The position numbers and the translations under genes were made by a program. Below the pieces are notes generated by a model. That model was not told the DNA's origin. It did not search any database and was given only the letters and a program-made list of their open reading frames with translations. From the NCBI RefSeq assembly GCF_046119375.1, contig NW_027362762.1, forward strand, positions 147,498,001 to 147,562,000: a stretch of 64,000 nucleotides of DNA. Reading direction: 5' to 3'. The first letter of the stretch is position 1. Every line of letters starts with the position of its first letter. Positions 23,950 to 37,155 of the stretch are shown here, in pieces. This DNA comes from Phyllobates terribilis. Lineage: Eukaryota.

Positions 23950-25991
23950 AATGATCACAAATGACCATATCTGTCTACAAACCACAGAGATTGTAAAACA
24001 TGAAACCACAAATTTACATCACATAAGACATAATGGTACACATGCAAAGTGTGGTTTAAGGGTACCCTGCCTAACTTGAGTAAAGTGCAGCGCCATGCAT
24101 GGACCCCACAGTGGAAGAATCCCCCGCTTACAAACCCCAACGTACGTTTCCTCTTTGAGTTATAGCTTTATCAGGGGGGAATATGATGAGCCCCAAGCCA
24201 CAGCCTCTTTATATACCTTGTGGCATTGTAAAATGCCATATGCCAGACTCTCTATAGCGCTACACCGCTTCCTGTCTCTCACCTCCGAACCGGAAGTACA
24301 ACTGCGTCACCGCGGCAGGAAGTGCGCGCACGTCCAGGAGCAGGGACGCGTCACCATGACTCCCGGACATGCGCACTCGCGGTCCTAGACGCTGTGTCTC
24401 TCAGAGGAGGGAGGGGGAATAGAGGGAGCGCAAGTGACGGCAGATCATTAGAACAGGGGTAGGTATTAACTCCTAATGGGCCAAAGTGGACATATGAGCA
24501 CAGAAGGAAAATCATTAACAATGCAAAGCTATACCACATATATCAACCCAGAAAACCTTTTACAAGAATAATTAATATGTGAAAGTGCGGCCACAATTAC
24601 AATTATCCTGACTGTAATAAAAGTCACACTTTTTCAGCCCATGCCAATTTCGTCCGGAGGATGGTCAAGGGCTGTCACATTGTAGAAGGATCATCTTTAT
24701 TCTCATTTGCACAAGGAAAGACTAGAAGCAATGGGATGAAACTAAATGGGAGGAGACACAGATTAGATATTAGAAAAAACTTTTTGACAGTTAGGGTGAT
24801 TAATGAGTGGAACAGGCTGCCACGAGAGGTGGTGAGTTCCCCTTCAATGGATGTCTTCAAACAGAGGCTGGACAGACATCTGTCTGAGATGATTTAGTGA
24901 ATCCTGCTTTGAGCAGGGGGTTGGACCAGATGACCCAGGAGGTCCCTTCCAACTCTACCATTCTATGATTCTATGATTCTATGGTGTCTATTCACATCAG
25001 ATCGTACCGAAGACTAGAGGGGGCTACATCAAAAAAACAACAAAACTGTTTGGAAAAATATATAAGAAAAAAAAGATTTAATTCTTTAAAAAAAAAAAAA
25101 AATTCTAAAAAATATATATTTAAAATGTAATGTAGGTACATAACACAGAAGACACTGGGAACGATGTTCACAAAAAAGGGGCAAAACTAAGGGATTCATT
25201 CAAACCCCCAAGGGTCATCGTCCCCAGGGTTACAATCCAGCGCGTTTCACGCTGGGCAAGGACCCTTCTAATATTGCCTCCGCGGATCCCACCATGGACG
25301 ACCTCAATCCCCCTAACCTTAAGGGAAGCAGGGTCGCAATCATGGTGGGTCCTAAAATGGCGGGGCAATGTTTTCAATAAAGAAGGGTCCTCCACCATCC
25401 GGGCAGCAGCAATGTCCCTCACATGCTCCCTCACACATCTGCGCAACTCTCTTGATGTCAGACCAACATATATCAGTTGGCACCCGCAGGTGGCATAATA
25501 CACCACATTGCAGGTGCCACAATTCACATATTCCTTAATAATGTTTTAGTACTGTACGCCGACATGAATGAGGCAATGCGGAGGACATTGCTGCACGCCA
25601 GACAATTCCCACACTGAAAGCATTCGCTCAAAGATCGAGTAGATTCAAACAAAGATGGTGTTTAGGGAGCATAATGACTCCGAACAAGTATGTTGCGCAG
25701 ATTTCTAGATCTGCGAGCTGTCATTAATGGATAATCCACCAGTGAATCCCTTAAATGAGGGTCGGTCTGGAGGACAGGCCAATGACGCTTTAAAATGGAC
25801 ATGATGCTCTCCCACTCATGGTTGTAGGTGGTAATAAATCTGACCTTAGACTGATTAGAGGTCATACCCCTGGTCACCTTAGTACGAAGCAATTCAGTGC
25901 GAGAAGTGTGCTTCGCTCTAAGGTACCCTGTCTTGATACTCCGGTTGCTGTAACCTCTCTCTCTGAAGCGCGATGCCAAACACAGACACAC
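23950..25991 (-). mobile_element. 5'-truncated Penelope-like retroelement (post-RT linker, GIY-YIG endonuclease, 3' region), interrupted by CR1
   Basis: VVYYATCGCQLIYVGLTSRELRRCVREH...HF...RETRWIVTLGT..LGGLN (25168-25527); LASRFRERGYS...RFITTY...ILKRHWPVL...RRSRNLRNILV (25662-25991). Left boundary approximate. Confidence 0.85.
24661..24983 (+). mobile_element. CR1 LINE 3' fragment
   Basis: RKNFLTVRVINEWNRLPREVVSSPSMDVFKQRLD end of ORF2; GGTCCCTTCCAACTCTACC followed by (ATTCTATG)3 tail. Confidence 0.95.
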
Positions 25992-26360
25992 AACAGCTGA
26001 TCGGAAGACAGCAGCGCTCCATCAGCACAGAGTCAGCTGTGACCGTGCTGACTCTGTACCAGTAAGAGTGCACTGCTCTCTGAGGAGCAGTGCGTGCCAT
26101 AAAGATCAGTATTGAAGCCGGCAGGCCATGAGAAGGAGTTGCACTTCACATTGCTCCGATGAGCAGTGCAGCCGGGTACAGAATGAAATGTTCACCCCTC
26201 TCTAAGGAGCGTGCACGTGGACGAGATACAGGAGCAGATAGGCACAGTTAATGTGAAGGCGCTGCACTTGACAAATGAGAAGTGCCGTAGGTGGGCGTGT
26301 CCTGGATGGGCGGGCCCACCGGAGGATTCTCCGGTTATCTGGTGGGCCAGTCCAACCCTG

Positions 26361-26486
26361 CCTATCAGTATGTCTTTGGAGTGTGGGAGGAAACCGGAGA
26401 ACCCAGAGGAAACCCACGCAAACATGGGGAGAACATACAAACTCCTTGCAGATGTTGTCCTTGGTGCAATTTGAACCCAGGACCAC
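26361..26486 (-). mobile_element. 5' part of the SINE split at 9750
   Basis: CCTATCAGTATGTCTTTGGAGTGTGGGAGGAAACCGG... same layout as 12648-12770. Confidence 0.88.
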
Positions 26487-26842
26487 GGGCAGCATTTATA
26501 CTACTTAGCAACATGATCTTGTTTCCTTTGTTCGTCATGAAAGTTGTATTTAGATTTTTTTTTTCTGCCATCAGAGACCATGATTTTCTGTGATTATGGA
26601 TGGACGGTCACACCAGAGGAATACTTCCTGGGTTTAATGGGTTACTAACAAAATCAAAATAAGAAGTCCGTTTTCTGTACATACAGAATAAATAATAATC
26701 TGTGCCAATACAACCTAGTTCTACATCTGCACTGATTTGCAGCTATCCCCTCCCTAATGATGATCCCACATGACTCTCTTTACCCTACTTATCCATCCTC
26801 CAGTAGTTCTAATGCTGTTGGACGCTTGTGCTCAGATGCACC

Positions 26843-27670
26843 TGACTCGCCCCCTGGGCCGTGGGGTACCCGGGACCGGGCTTCTGTACGATGCTGGGGG
26901 TAGTAGTGGCAACCCGATCCCGTGGCTCAGGGTGGTCAGACCAAATTGTGACAGTCTATTTATATATTTATGAATGTCCGACTACGCCACCCGTGGATTG
27001 CGGTCAGAGATAACCGCCGTTGCGAGGCAGACCGCTGAGGCTGGTGTTGGTGTGCAGCACAGGGGTAGGATAACTCCCCCCGGGAAGAGTGTAGCCTCAA
27101 GGCAGTGTATATGGATGCTGGGGGTGATAGTGCCGGCCACAATAGTAAAAGTTCAGAGCCTGTTTCCAACAGTTCTGGGTCTTTATTGTAGATGTTACTA
27201 ATGACCCAACAGTAGTACCGGGTAGGAATGGGCCTGGGTATCGGAGAGCATTCGGGGGAGCCCCACCGGTCAGGGTGAGAGTGTAGGCCTACCGTTTTCT
27301 GTATGCTCTTGCTGACTATCCCCCTTTTCGTGGTGTAATAGCCCATGTCCCTGAGCTGGCCGTGTACTTCTCGCCTGTATGGCTTGCGACTCGGGCCTTG
27401 GGTACCTTTTGCTTTCTCCTGCTGTACTGGTCCCTCTGTGTGGCGGAGCCTCCAGGCTTCTTAGGCCAAGGGACCTGAAATCCCTCGCGGGTTGGTTCTC
27501 TGCTGCTGGGCTTGCAACCCTGACAGCCTCGGACCCCAATGTCCGGTTGTGTGCTTCTCTCAGCCAGGACCGGCTCTCGTCGCCTCTGTCCCTGGCTTGC
27601 AGTTTCTCCTCTGCCTCACGGACTCCTCAGCCGCTGCTGACCTGTCCCTCTTCTCTGAGAACCCTTCTGG
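26843..27670 (-). mobile_element. Truncated LTR related to the 1610-2689 LTR family
   Basis: Reverse complement ends CCCCACGGCCCAGGGGCGAGTCA (compare 2666-2689) and shares CCACGGGTGGCGT and CTGACCACCCTGAGCCACGG motifs; 5' end not found. Confidence 0.65.
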
Positions 27671-28656
27671 ACACTTCAGAAGTGGGTTCTGGTCATCTGA
27701 CGGCTGGGTTGTAGCACAGTTCAGCTATGTTATGCTGAAGAACCCACTGATGCCATCTGAATTTGTACCTTATGATGCTGTCTAGTTTATGAAAAACAAG
27801 TGTAGATATGACCCTTTCTCATAAAGTATCCCCCAGACCATCTGACGGCATCATCATTGCCCTGAAAGCTGTTTTATGTTCAGCTCTGCTATACATGCAG
27901 GGGAGATCATGATCATAGCTCTATAGATCCGCATGAGCCAATTAAATGTTTTGTAAATAGTAATGAATTGGTCAGATAGTGGTCACCTCATCCATATAAA
28001 TAAAAACGTTACTGGAATCACACATGAAAAGAACAAATACAAGTTTATGGGTCCATGAAAATCACAGAACGCACATGGATGGCATCAGTGTGGAGTCCGT
28101 GTTGTGTCTGTGATTAACTTTGGCTGCAGAATCCACATGGAGTTGTCCTGCGGTGCAGATTTTAAATGTGCGACATCTGAATTAAACTGCAGCGTTTCGC
28201 TGTGGATTTCACCCATTGCTTTACATAGGATGAATTCCATTGCAAAATTCTGAGCAAATGTGCATGTTAACCATGTGCTTTTTGCCACACATTTTGCCCA
28301 AGATTAGCAGCAGGGATTTTTTTTTATGCGAAATTTAGCTTTTTTTCACTGATTTGCTACACCTGTAATTTTTCCCCGCTTTCTAGTACACCATATGATA
28401 AAATGAAAGGTGTCATTCAAAAGTGCAACTTGTACCACAAAAAAACAAGTTGTCACACAGCTATATCGATGGAAAAATAAAGTTATGGCTCTTGGAAGCA
28501 AAGGAGGTAAAAACAAAAGGGCAAAAATGGAAAATTGCCAAGTCCGGAAGGGGTTAAACGGCACATTTTCACAGTGAATGCAAAAAAACAAAGTAATGCA
28601 GCCACATGTACAGCAGCGTGTGACGTCATCCAGTCTACGGAGCATGCAAGTCCCGG

Positions 28657-28698
28657 TCCTTACGCGTTTCAGAAAACTCGGTTTCCTTCATCAGAGGA
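28657..28698 (-). ncRNA. Minimal type-I hammerhead ribozyme motif (Penelope-type)
   Basis: TCCT CTGATGA AGGAAAC-CGA-GTTTTCT GAAA CGCG TA AGGA: complete core, stem I 4 bp, stem II 7 bp, palindromic stem III. Confidence 0.75.
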
Positions 28699-30006
28699 AA
28701 CTGTTAACAGTTAACTTTTTGCGTTCAGGCACGCCACCGGCTGGAGCTGCCTGTTCCCTACACTGCAGCTCTACGTGCATCTTTTTTTTCGCCGAGGACC
28801 TCCGTACACCCACCGAGTGGGGGTCTTCCTGCTCTTCTTTCAAGCGGATGCAACAAAGAACTTTGCTGGACTGCATAGGTAAATAGGGTAATTATCTACT
28901 CCATTAGTGTATTGTGCTTATCACTATGTTTCTTCAGTGTTTAACATGTAACTGGATACACATTGATACATATGCTATAATAGCAGGGTGGGCAAATTAG
29001 GCTGATCTCCTAACTTCAATTTTTTCCAATTTTTTCTAAATGATCTTTTGCAGCCAGGTTAGTCACCTGCCCCAAAGCTTGCTATTCGGTGTACAATGCA
29101 CATATACAATCTCTTTTCTTGTTTTTACTGTTTTGATTAGTGTTCATTTACATGTATACTTATTGTGCTGTTGATGTATACATGAAGTTTTTTGAAATTT
29201 AGCACACTTGTTGTGTGTCCTATGTGCTTATGGTTTCTCAAACACATCGAAAGCAGACAAAACAGGTTTTCTATAAAAACGACACAAAGCAGCCCAGTAA
29301 GTGATACTGTTCCCATGCGCTTGGTTCTGAACACTACTCTCATCATGGTTCCATGCCTGCGCTGCGTTCAGCACCAGCAGGGACTATGATGAGGGTAGTG
29401 GTAGTCTGCTCACGCAGTGTCCTCACCTGTAAAAAAAATAATAAAATCCATGCACTCACTTCTCCTAGGTGTCCCCCACTGTATTCCATGTGACTACTGG
29501 ACTAGGTGGACCTCCACAATATTAAAGGGGGTTACCCACAAAGTTCATTTTTAATTAATGGATCTTAATTTCTGCTATCTTTTTAAGTTTCCCATGATGA
29601 TGATATAAATGTTCCCCTGCTGTGACCATGCAGCAGCTGTGATCCCATGCTGTCCTGTACACTTTTTTTTTTAATACATCCAATTGTGGAACATATTGAT
29701 CCAAGATCTATTTATTGAAATGAGCTTGGTTCATGGGACAATCTCAAGACTTGGGCTGCATGGTGATACTTAACTGTGATCTGGGTCTTGCTGCCAAAAA
29801 TCTCTGCCAATACTAGCATATTACTACCTTTTTTTTTGTTGTGGCCAAAGTCGCCTTGTAGCCCCAGCAGCCAATTGCTGGCCCATTCACAGGATGCTGG
29901 GCCACACAACACCTTACCATATCACAACTTAGTGGCTAAAGTCTTTTAAAATAGTCGGTTATGTACTGTGCAATTAGAGCAGGTGTCTGGTAGTTACATG
30001 GATGTA

Positions 30007-31045
30007 CAGTGGGTACGGAAAGTATTCAGACCCCTTTAAATTTTTCACACTTTATTTCATTGCAGCCATTTGGTAAATTCTAAAGAGTTCAGTTTTTTTG
30101 CTCTCATTAATGTACACTCTGCACCCTATCTTGACTGAAAAAAAAACAAAAACAGAAATGTAGAAGTTTTTGCAAATTTATTAAAAAAGATAAACTTAAA
30201 TATCACATGGTCATAAGTATTCAGACCCTTTGCTCAGACACTCATATTTTAGTCACATGCTGTCCATTTCCTTGTGATCCTCCTTGAGATGGTTCTACTC
30301 CTTCATTGGAGTCTAGCTGTGTTTAATTAAACTGATAGGACTTGATTTGGAAAGGCACACACCTGTCTATATAAGACCTCACAGCTCACAGTGCATGTCA
30401 GACCAAATGAGAATCATGAGCTCAAAAGGAACTGCCCAAGGAGCTCAGAGACAAAATTGTGGCAAGGCACAGATCTGGCCAAGGTTACAAAAGAATTTCT
30501 GCTGTACTCAAGGATCCTAAGAGCACAGTGGCCTTCATAATCCTTAAATGGAAGAAGTTTGGGACCACCAGAAGACTTCCTAGACCTGGCTGACCTGCCA
30601 AACTGAGCAATTGTGGGAGAAGAGCTTTGGTGAGAGGTAAAGAACCCCAAAATCACTGTGGCTGAGCTCCAGAGATGCAGTAGGGAGATGGGAGAAAGTT
30701 CCACAAAGTCAACTCTCACTGCAGCACTCCACCAGTCGGGCCTTTATGGCAGAGTGGCTCGACGGAAGCCTCTCTTCAGTGCAAGACATATGAAAGCCAG
30801 CATAGAGTTTGCTCAAAAACACATGAAGGACTCCAAGACTATGAGAAATAAGATTCTCTGGTCTGATGAGATGAAGATAGAACTTTTTGGTGACAATTCT
30901 AAGCGGTATGTGTGGAGAAAACCAGCACTGCTCATCACCTGCCAATACAATCCCAACAGTGAAACATGGTGGTGGCAGCATCATGCTATGGGGGGTGTTT
31001 TTCAGCTGCAGGGACAGGATGACTGGTTGCAATTGAAAGAAACTT
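30007..31045 (+). mobile_element. 3'-truncated Tc1 element (second family)
   Basis: TA+CAGTGGGTACGGAAAGTATTCAGACC end; frameshifted transposase from 30416 (ELRDKIVARHRSGQGYKRIS...; LYGRVARRKP; [13 protein letters not shown]). Confidence 0.9.
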
Positions 31046-31393
31046 TTTTTTTTTAATGAAGTGACAGCATTTTAACTAAAATTTTGTTTTCCCGCTGTTA
31101 AACCTGCTGATACAGATTTTAGTTTCATAAGTTTGTCCTGTTACCGATATATTTTGTTTTTATTTAAGTCACAATGTAGAGAGTGGGGTATTAAAGGCAT
31201 TTGAATTTAGTTCTGTAATGTCAGGAATTTTTCAGAAAACAAATAAAGATGGACTGAAATCTGGAGTCATTTTTCTTCTATATTGAACACTTGCAATGTT
31301 TAATAAGCCCCCACAAAGCCAGGGGCGGACATACCGCCCCGGCCCGAAGGTGGAGAGGGGCCCTTGCAGGCAGGAGCATGTGAGAGTGTGAAA

Positions 31394-32250
31394 TGTGATA
31401 ACAGCAGGAGAGCACTAGGACCCTGTGACTTTTGCCTGGCTGAGCTCAGAGGAGGGGCAGTGCAAGAAACTCTATGTGTTCTAAGAGTGTCTGAGGTGTG
31501 AGAGGCTAGACAGGAAGTCTGTGAGAACGGAGCTGCAGGAAGATGCTGTCTTTACACGCTTCCCTGTGGAGTTTGTTTACCCCTTTCTCTCTTTAAGAAC
31601 AAGTGCTGAGCTGGGGAAAGCTGTGTGGCTCTGTGGAGTTTTGTCGAAGTCCATGCTGAGTGAATTAGAGACTTTGTGCTGGAGGAGTCACGTGTCGAGT
31701 GATAAAGGAAGGGACTGAGGAATCCATTTCTGTGACGGAGCACATGGTTGGTGTACTGAATAAGAGTGAGAGACTTCGGGAGGAAAGAAGGTTTCTGGTG
31801 CCATTTCTACTGAGAGGATATTGACAAGCCTTTGTGAAGAGATCTTCCCAGACCTTAATCTGAGGCTACAGGACTAAAGTCCCCGGCGTGTGGGCTCGGC
31901 GTCGGCCAATAAGACAACGAATTTTTGCTGTTTTTGTGAACTTTGTTTTTGTTTTGGCGCCAAAGTTTTCCGGGACTAGCTGCAGCCACCGTGATTCACA
32001 GTCCTGTGATAGACTGCATCTGAGGTTAACGGTACCATAATTTTAAGATACCTGGGTATCCTGATAATAAGGGTATAAGAGCAATTGATAGTTTCGTGCA
32101 TTATTATTGTTAATAGTGGTAGGATTGTATTCAGTGTGCCATCTCAGGGGGTCCCCATATACCGCCCTCACTAGACTGACTTTGTGTTTAGGTAAAATTG
32201 TTCCAGATCACTAGAATAATTCACATAAACTGGAAACCTTGAGATTGGCA
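31394..32250. mobile_element. Possible old solo-LTR-like segment
   Basis: TG...CA bounded, LTR-like composition; no TSD found. Confidence 0.25.
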
Positions 32251-33019
32251 CATTGATTTCAGCTCTTGCTGATTGTGTGTATCTAGTAGAGACAGTGTCC
32301 CAGGCAGAACCTTAGACTGATTCATTCAATACTGAATTTTAGTCTAATCCCTGTTTTAGTAAAGAAAGTGTTGTTTATTTCTGTCTCTGTCTCAGTTTGT
32401 GACTCACTGGATCTCTCTCAGACCCCCGGTAATTACAAGCGTACTGCCCATAAGGGCAGACAATGCAGCCATTCAGTCAATATTATGGGCAGAAGAGGGG
32501 CCCTATGTCAAGCAGCACCGGGCCCCTTTCACTACTGCCCCTAATCATTCTGACCCCGGGGAGAGAGCGGAGCACACGGCGCAGAGAGCAGGGCTACAAA
32601 CAGGGGGCGTGTCCTGCAGGGAGAGAGACGCTGGCCAATGAACGCTTTCCTCATCAGACTGAGGAGAGCGCTCATTGGCTGCAGCCTCTGGCTCCTGCAC
32701 GGCGCCCAATAGTAAGTGTTCACCTCACCTGCAGTCAGGGTCCCCGGGCTGCACAGCACACAGAGGCCATAGTGGAGGAAGAGCAGGAGTGACTGTGCTT
32801 CTGCTGCTCCCTCCGGTCCTTCCAGCAGTAGCTGCTGACAGAGAAGAGGTGGGAGATTAGGCTCACTGCACAGGACAGCACAGCAGCAGGGGCTGATGTC
32901 AGTATACTGTGTCCCCATCCCCCACAGTGGTGTCTGAAGCCCTCTCCACTTCATCTCTGAGCTATGTGGCAGAACTCATGCACAGCTCACATCTGAACAC
33001 CTGGTATCATAGATTAGTG

Positions 33020-33300
33020 CATGTATGTATAGGTGTGTGTGTATACATGTGTGTCTATATCTGTGTCTATATTACTGTGTGTATACATGTGTGTCTATAT
33101 AACTGTGTGTATACGTGTGTATGTACTGTAGATGTATATATGTGTATCAATACAGTATATGTATGTACGGTGTATGGTATATGTGTATGTATGGTATATG
33201 TGTGTATAGATATATGTATGTACGGTATACGTGTGTGTGTATGTACAGTGTGTGTGTATGTACAGTATATGTATGTGTGTGTTTATATGTTTGTGTGTGT
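33020..33300. repeat. (GT/AT)-rich compound microsatellite
   Basis: Direct reading. Confidence 0.9.
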
Positions 33301-34105
33301 GAACATATTTGTTTTCAGTTCATGTATTATACTGTGATTGTAAAGAATAGAAGAATAAACCTGGCTCTTTAAAGGGTTATTCACCAAATAATCAAGGTAT
33401 CCTCAATCCATCGGATCGGGAATAACTTGCTGGTCACTGGGGATTGGACCACTGGGCCCCCCAGAGATTCTGGGAACAGAGCTCTGCAGTGTCGTCCTGA
33501 ATGGAGCAGAGTTGTGCCTGTTTGGCCTCTGCTCTATTCATTATCTATGAGCTGCTGAGCGCTGCGCTCGGTTATTTCCATCAGCTCCATAGACAATGAA
33601 TAAAGTAGATACCAGATGATACAGATACCAGACATATAATATATACATGGTTGGAATTTGCCGGTTCCAGCCATTATCACGTAACCATGAGGATGCGCTT
33701 TTCACACTTGCTGTCATGTGTCAACTAGAGAGTCTCAGCCATATCTTGCAATGTTCTATTCACCAACATAGCTGACACTCTAGTTGTCACCTGACTGCAA
33801 GTCTGACTGTGCTGGAACCAGCAGAACCGAATCTTTATCTTTACTGATATATAATTTGTCTCCATGTCAGTGAAAATATATATTTTTAGAGGTGTGGAGG
33901 GGCCCATTTACTATGGAGCCCTGTGATTTCTATGCACACCCCTGCTTACAGGGCGGCAATAATGACGGTATCCTGGCTTGTTGCTCGGAGCCCCAGGCTT
34001 CGGGGGTCTCACGGCCAGATTTCCCTGATCATAAGCGGCATGCTAGGCAGCGAGGGGGACCCAGGCACATTTCTTGCACAGGGGCCCCAAGCTGTCAATG
34101 TCCAT

Positions 34106-37100
34106 CAGGGGCGGACTCAGACTGTAGTGGGCCCCTGTGCAAAAAATTTTTGCCCCCCCAACCTGCCCTTCATCGGGCAACAAAGTTATGTAAACATGAC
34201 CCCCCCCATGTGCATCTCTCACACCCACATGTGCATCTCTCATCCCCCCATGTGCAGCTCTCATCCCCCCCATGTGCAGCTCTCATCCCCCCATGTGCAT
34301 CTCATCCCCCCATGCATCTTTCACGCATCTTTCATCCCCCCCATGTTCATCTCATCCCCCCATGTGCAGCTCTCATCCCCCCCATGTGCAGCTCTCATCC
34401 CCCCATGTGCAGCTCTCATCCCCCCCATGTGCAGCTCTCATCCCCTCCCCCGTGCAACTCATCTCCCCGTGCATCTCATCCCGCCCCGTGCATCTCATTC
34501 CCCCCCGTGCATCTCATTCCCCCCCGTGCATCTCGCATCCCCCCGTGCTTCTCGCATCCCCCCGTGCATCTCTCATCCCCCATGTGCATCTTATCCCCCC
34601 CGTGCATCTCTCATTCCCCCATGCATCTCTGATTCCCCCCCACTCCTAGTTAATTAATTGTATTTAAAAAAAATAAATAAAACTTGTTATACTTACCCCC
34701 ATGGATCCCTGTAGAATCCTGGCTCTCATCCACGTCGCTGCCACCAGGTTCACCTGACTTCCAGCGCCGTCACATGACCGGAATTCAGGGGAATCATGAA
34801 GGTGCTGACGCAGCAGCGCTGCACTGCTACACAGAGGAAAGCAGCGCTGAGATGTCCCGGCGCTTAACGCTCAGCATGGGGCCGGGGGCCCAGGGCCGGC
34901 TCCAGGTTTTTGTGGGCCCCGGGTGAAAGAGTCTCAGTGGGCCCCTTTAACACATACCACGATTCATGATACACAGATACCGCAGAGAAATATATGTATA
35001 GTACAATGCAAAGATTTCACTTCTTACATAGTGATATCTATTGTAAATTCCACAATAGCTCAGAAACCAGCGAATCGCTCCACACAGTATACTGGCCCCC
35101 ATAAAATGCTCCATACAGGAGACTGGCCCCCATAAAATGCTCCATACAGAATACTGGCCCCCATAAAATGCTCCATACAGGATACTGGTCCCCATATAAT
35201 ACCTTATACAGAATACTGGCCCCCATATAACGCTCCATACAGAATACTGGTCCCCATATAACGCTCCATACAGAATACTGGCCCCCATATAACGCTCCAT
35301 ACAGAATACTGGCCCCCCATAAAATGCTCCATACAGAATACTGACCCCCACAAAATGCTCCATACAGAATACTGGCCCCCATATAACGCTCCAGAAGGAA
35401 TACTGGCCCCCATATAACACTCCATACAGGATTTTGGCCCCCATATAACGCTCCATACGGAATACTGGCCCCCATATAACGCGCCATACGGAATACTGGC
35501 CCCCATATAACGCTCCATACGGGATACTGGCCCCCATATAACGCTCCATACAGAATACTGGCCGCCATATAACGCTCCATGCAGGATACTGGCCCCAATA
35601 TAACACTCCATGCAGGATACTGGCCCCCATATAACGCTCCATGCAGGATACTGGCCCCCATAAAATGCTCCATACAGAATACTGGCCCCCATAAAATGCT
35701 CCATACAGAATACTGGCTCCCATATAACGCTCCATACAGGATACTGGCCCCCATATAATACCCTATACAGAATATTGGCCCCCATATAAAGCTCCATACA
35801 GAATACTGGCCCCCATATAACGCTCCATATGGAATACTGGCCCCCATATAACGCTCCATATGGAATACTGGCCCCCATATAACACTCCATACAGGATACT
35901 GGCCCCCATATAATGCTCCATACGGAATACTGGCCCCCATATAACGCTCCATACGGAATACTGGCCCCCATATAACGCTCCATACAGAATACTGGCCCCC
36001 ATATAACGCTCCATGCAGGATGCTGGCCCCCATATAACGCTCCATGCAGGATACTGACCCCCATATAACGCTCCATACAAAATACTGGCCCCCATATAAC
36101 GCTCCATGCAGGCTGTTCCCCCCACATAATGCCCCACGCAGGCTGTTCCCCCACATAATGCCCCACGCAGGCTGATCCCCCCACATAATGCCCCATGCAG
36201 GCTGTCCCCCCCCCATATAGGATGTCACCCCCCTTATAATGCCCCATGCAGGATGACACCCCCCCTTCCTTATAATGCCACATTCAGGATGTCACACACC
36301 CCCCCTCCCTTATAATGCCCCATGCAGGATGTCACACACACCCCCCTCCCTTATAATGCCCCATGCAGGATGTCACACCCCCCTTATAATGCCCCATGCA
36401 GGATGTCACACTCCCCCTCCCTTATAATGCTCCATGCAGGATGTCACCCCCCCCCCCCGTTATTATGCCCCATGCAGGATGTCACCCCCCCCTTATAATG
36501 CCCCATGCAGAACTTCACCCCCCCCTTATAATGCCCCATGCAGGATTTCACACACCCCCACCTCACCCCCCCTCCCTTATACTGCCACAGGCCTCCATAC
36601 AATAAAAAAAGAAATCCAATACTCACCTCACGTCTCACCTGCTGCCGCTGCTCCGGACTCATCAGCGTCACCGGCCTCATCCCGCTCTGCGCTGTGACTG
36701 CTCAGGAGAGAGTGCGGTGTAAAGACGTCACCGCGCCCTCTGACCTGAGACGTCACAGTGCAGCAGCCGCGGCGGATGCAGGAGCTGCTGCGGAGGCACG
36801 GGGAAGGGTAAGTATTGTGCCGGGTGCCAGGTCCCTGAGCAAGTGGGGGGGGGGGAGCGGGCGCTGACACCGCTCTCCTCCGTTCACGGGTCCCATAGCA
36901 CGCGGGGTGCCCGATGGTGAGGGCCCCCGCCTGCGCAGGGTCCCGGCATTTGCCCGGGTGCTGACGCCAGCCCTACGGGGGCCCCATGAGGAGATGCACA
37001 AGAGGGGGTCCCAACTGGGCTCCGAGAGGGCCCCGACCGGCCAGGCCCCATACTGGAGTCAGGACAGTCATGCCCTGATGGAGGCTGGAGGGGCCCCCTC

Positions 37101-37155
37101 TCCCTCGGGGCCCCCATTCAATGAACAGGCTGCACGGGCGGTAGGTCCGCCCCTG
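34106..37155. mobile_element. hAT-like non-autonomous element containing an about 22-bp minisatellite (34190-34650) and a nested MITE
   Basis: 11-bp TIR CAGGGGCGGAC / GTCCGCCCCTG; TSD ATGTCCAT (34098-34105) / ATGTCCAC (37156-37163). Its right end is also bases 1-48 and 51721-51769. Confidence 0.85.
34891..36975. mobile_element. Minisatellite-bearing hAT-like MITE with 31-bp and about 33-bp arrays
   Basis: Ends CAGGGCCGGC / GCCAGCCCTA; perfect TSD CGGGGGCC (34883-34890, 36976-36983). Confidence 0.88.

Larger units (their letters stand above)
9751..26360. mobile_element. hAT-like non-autonomous element, 16.6 kb including nested insertions
   Basis: TIRs CAGCGTCGGACTGG / CCAGTCCAACCCTG; perfect 8-bp TSD CCTATCAG (9743-9750, 26361-26368); flanks rejoin into one SINE. 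Confidence 0.85.

Noticed and set aside
24640-25005. Possible hammerhead split by the CR1 insertion (CTGATGT...CGAAATTGGCA)
   Set aside because: Core mismatch and stems I/II do not pair convincingly.
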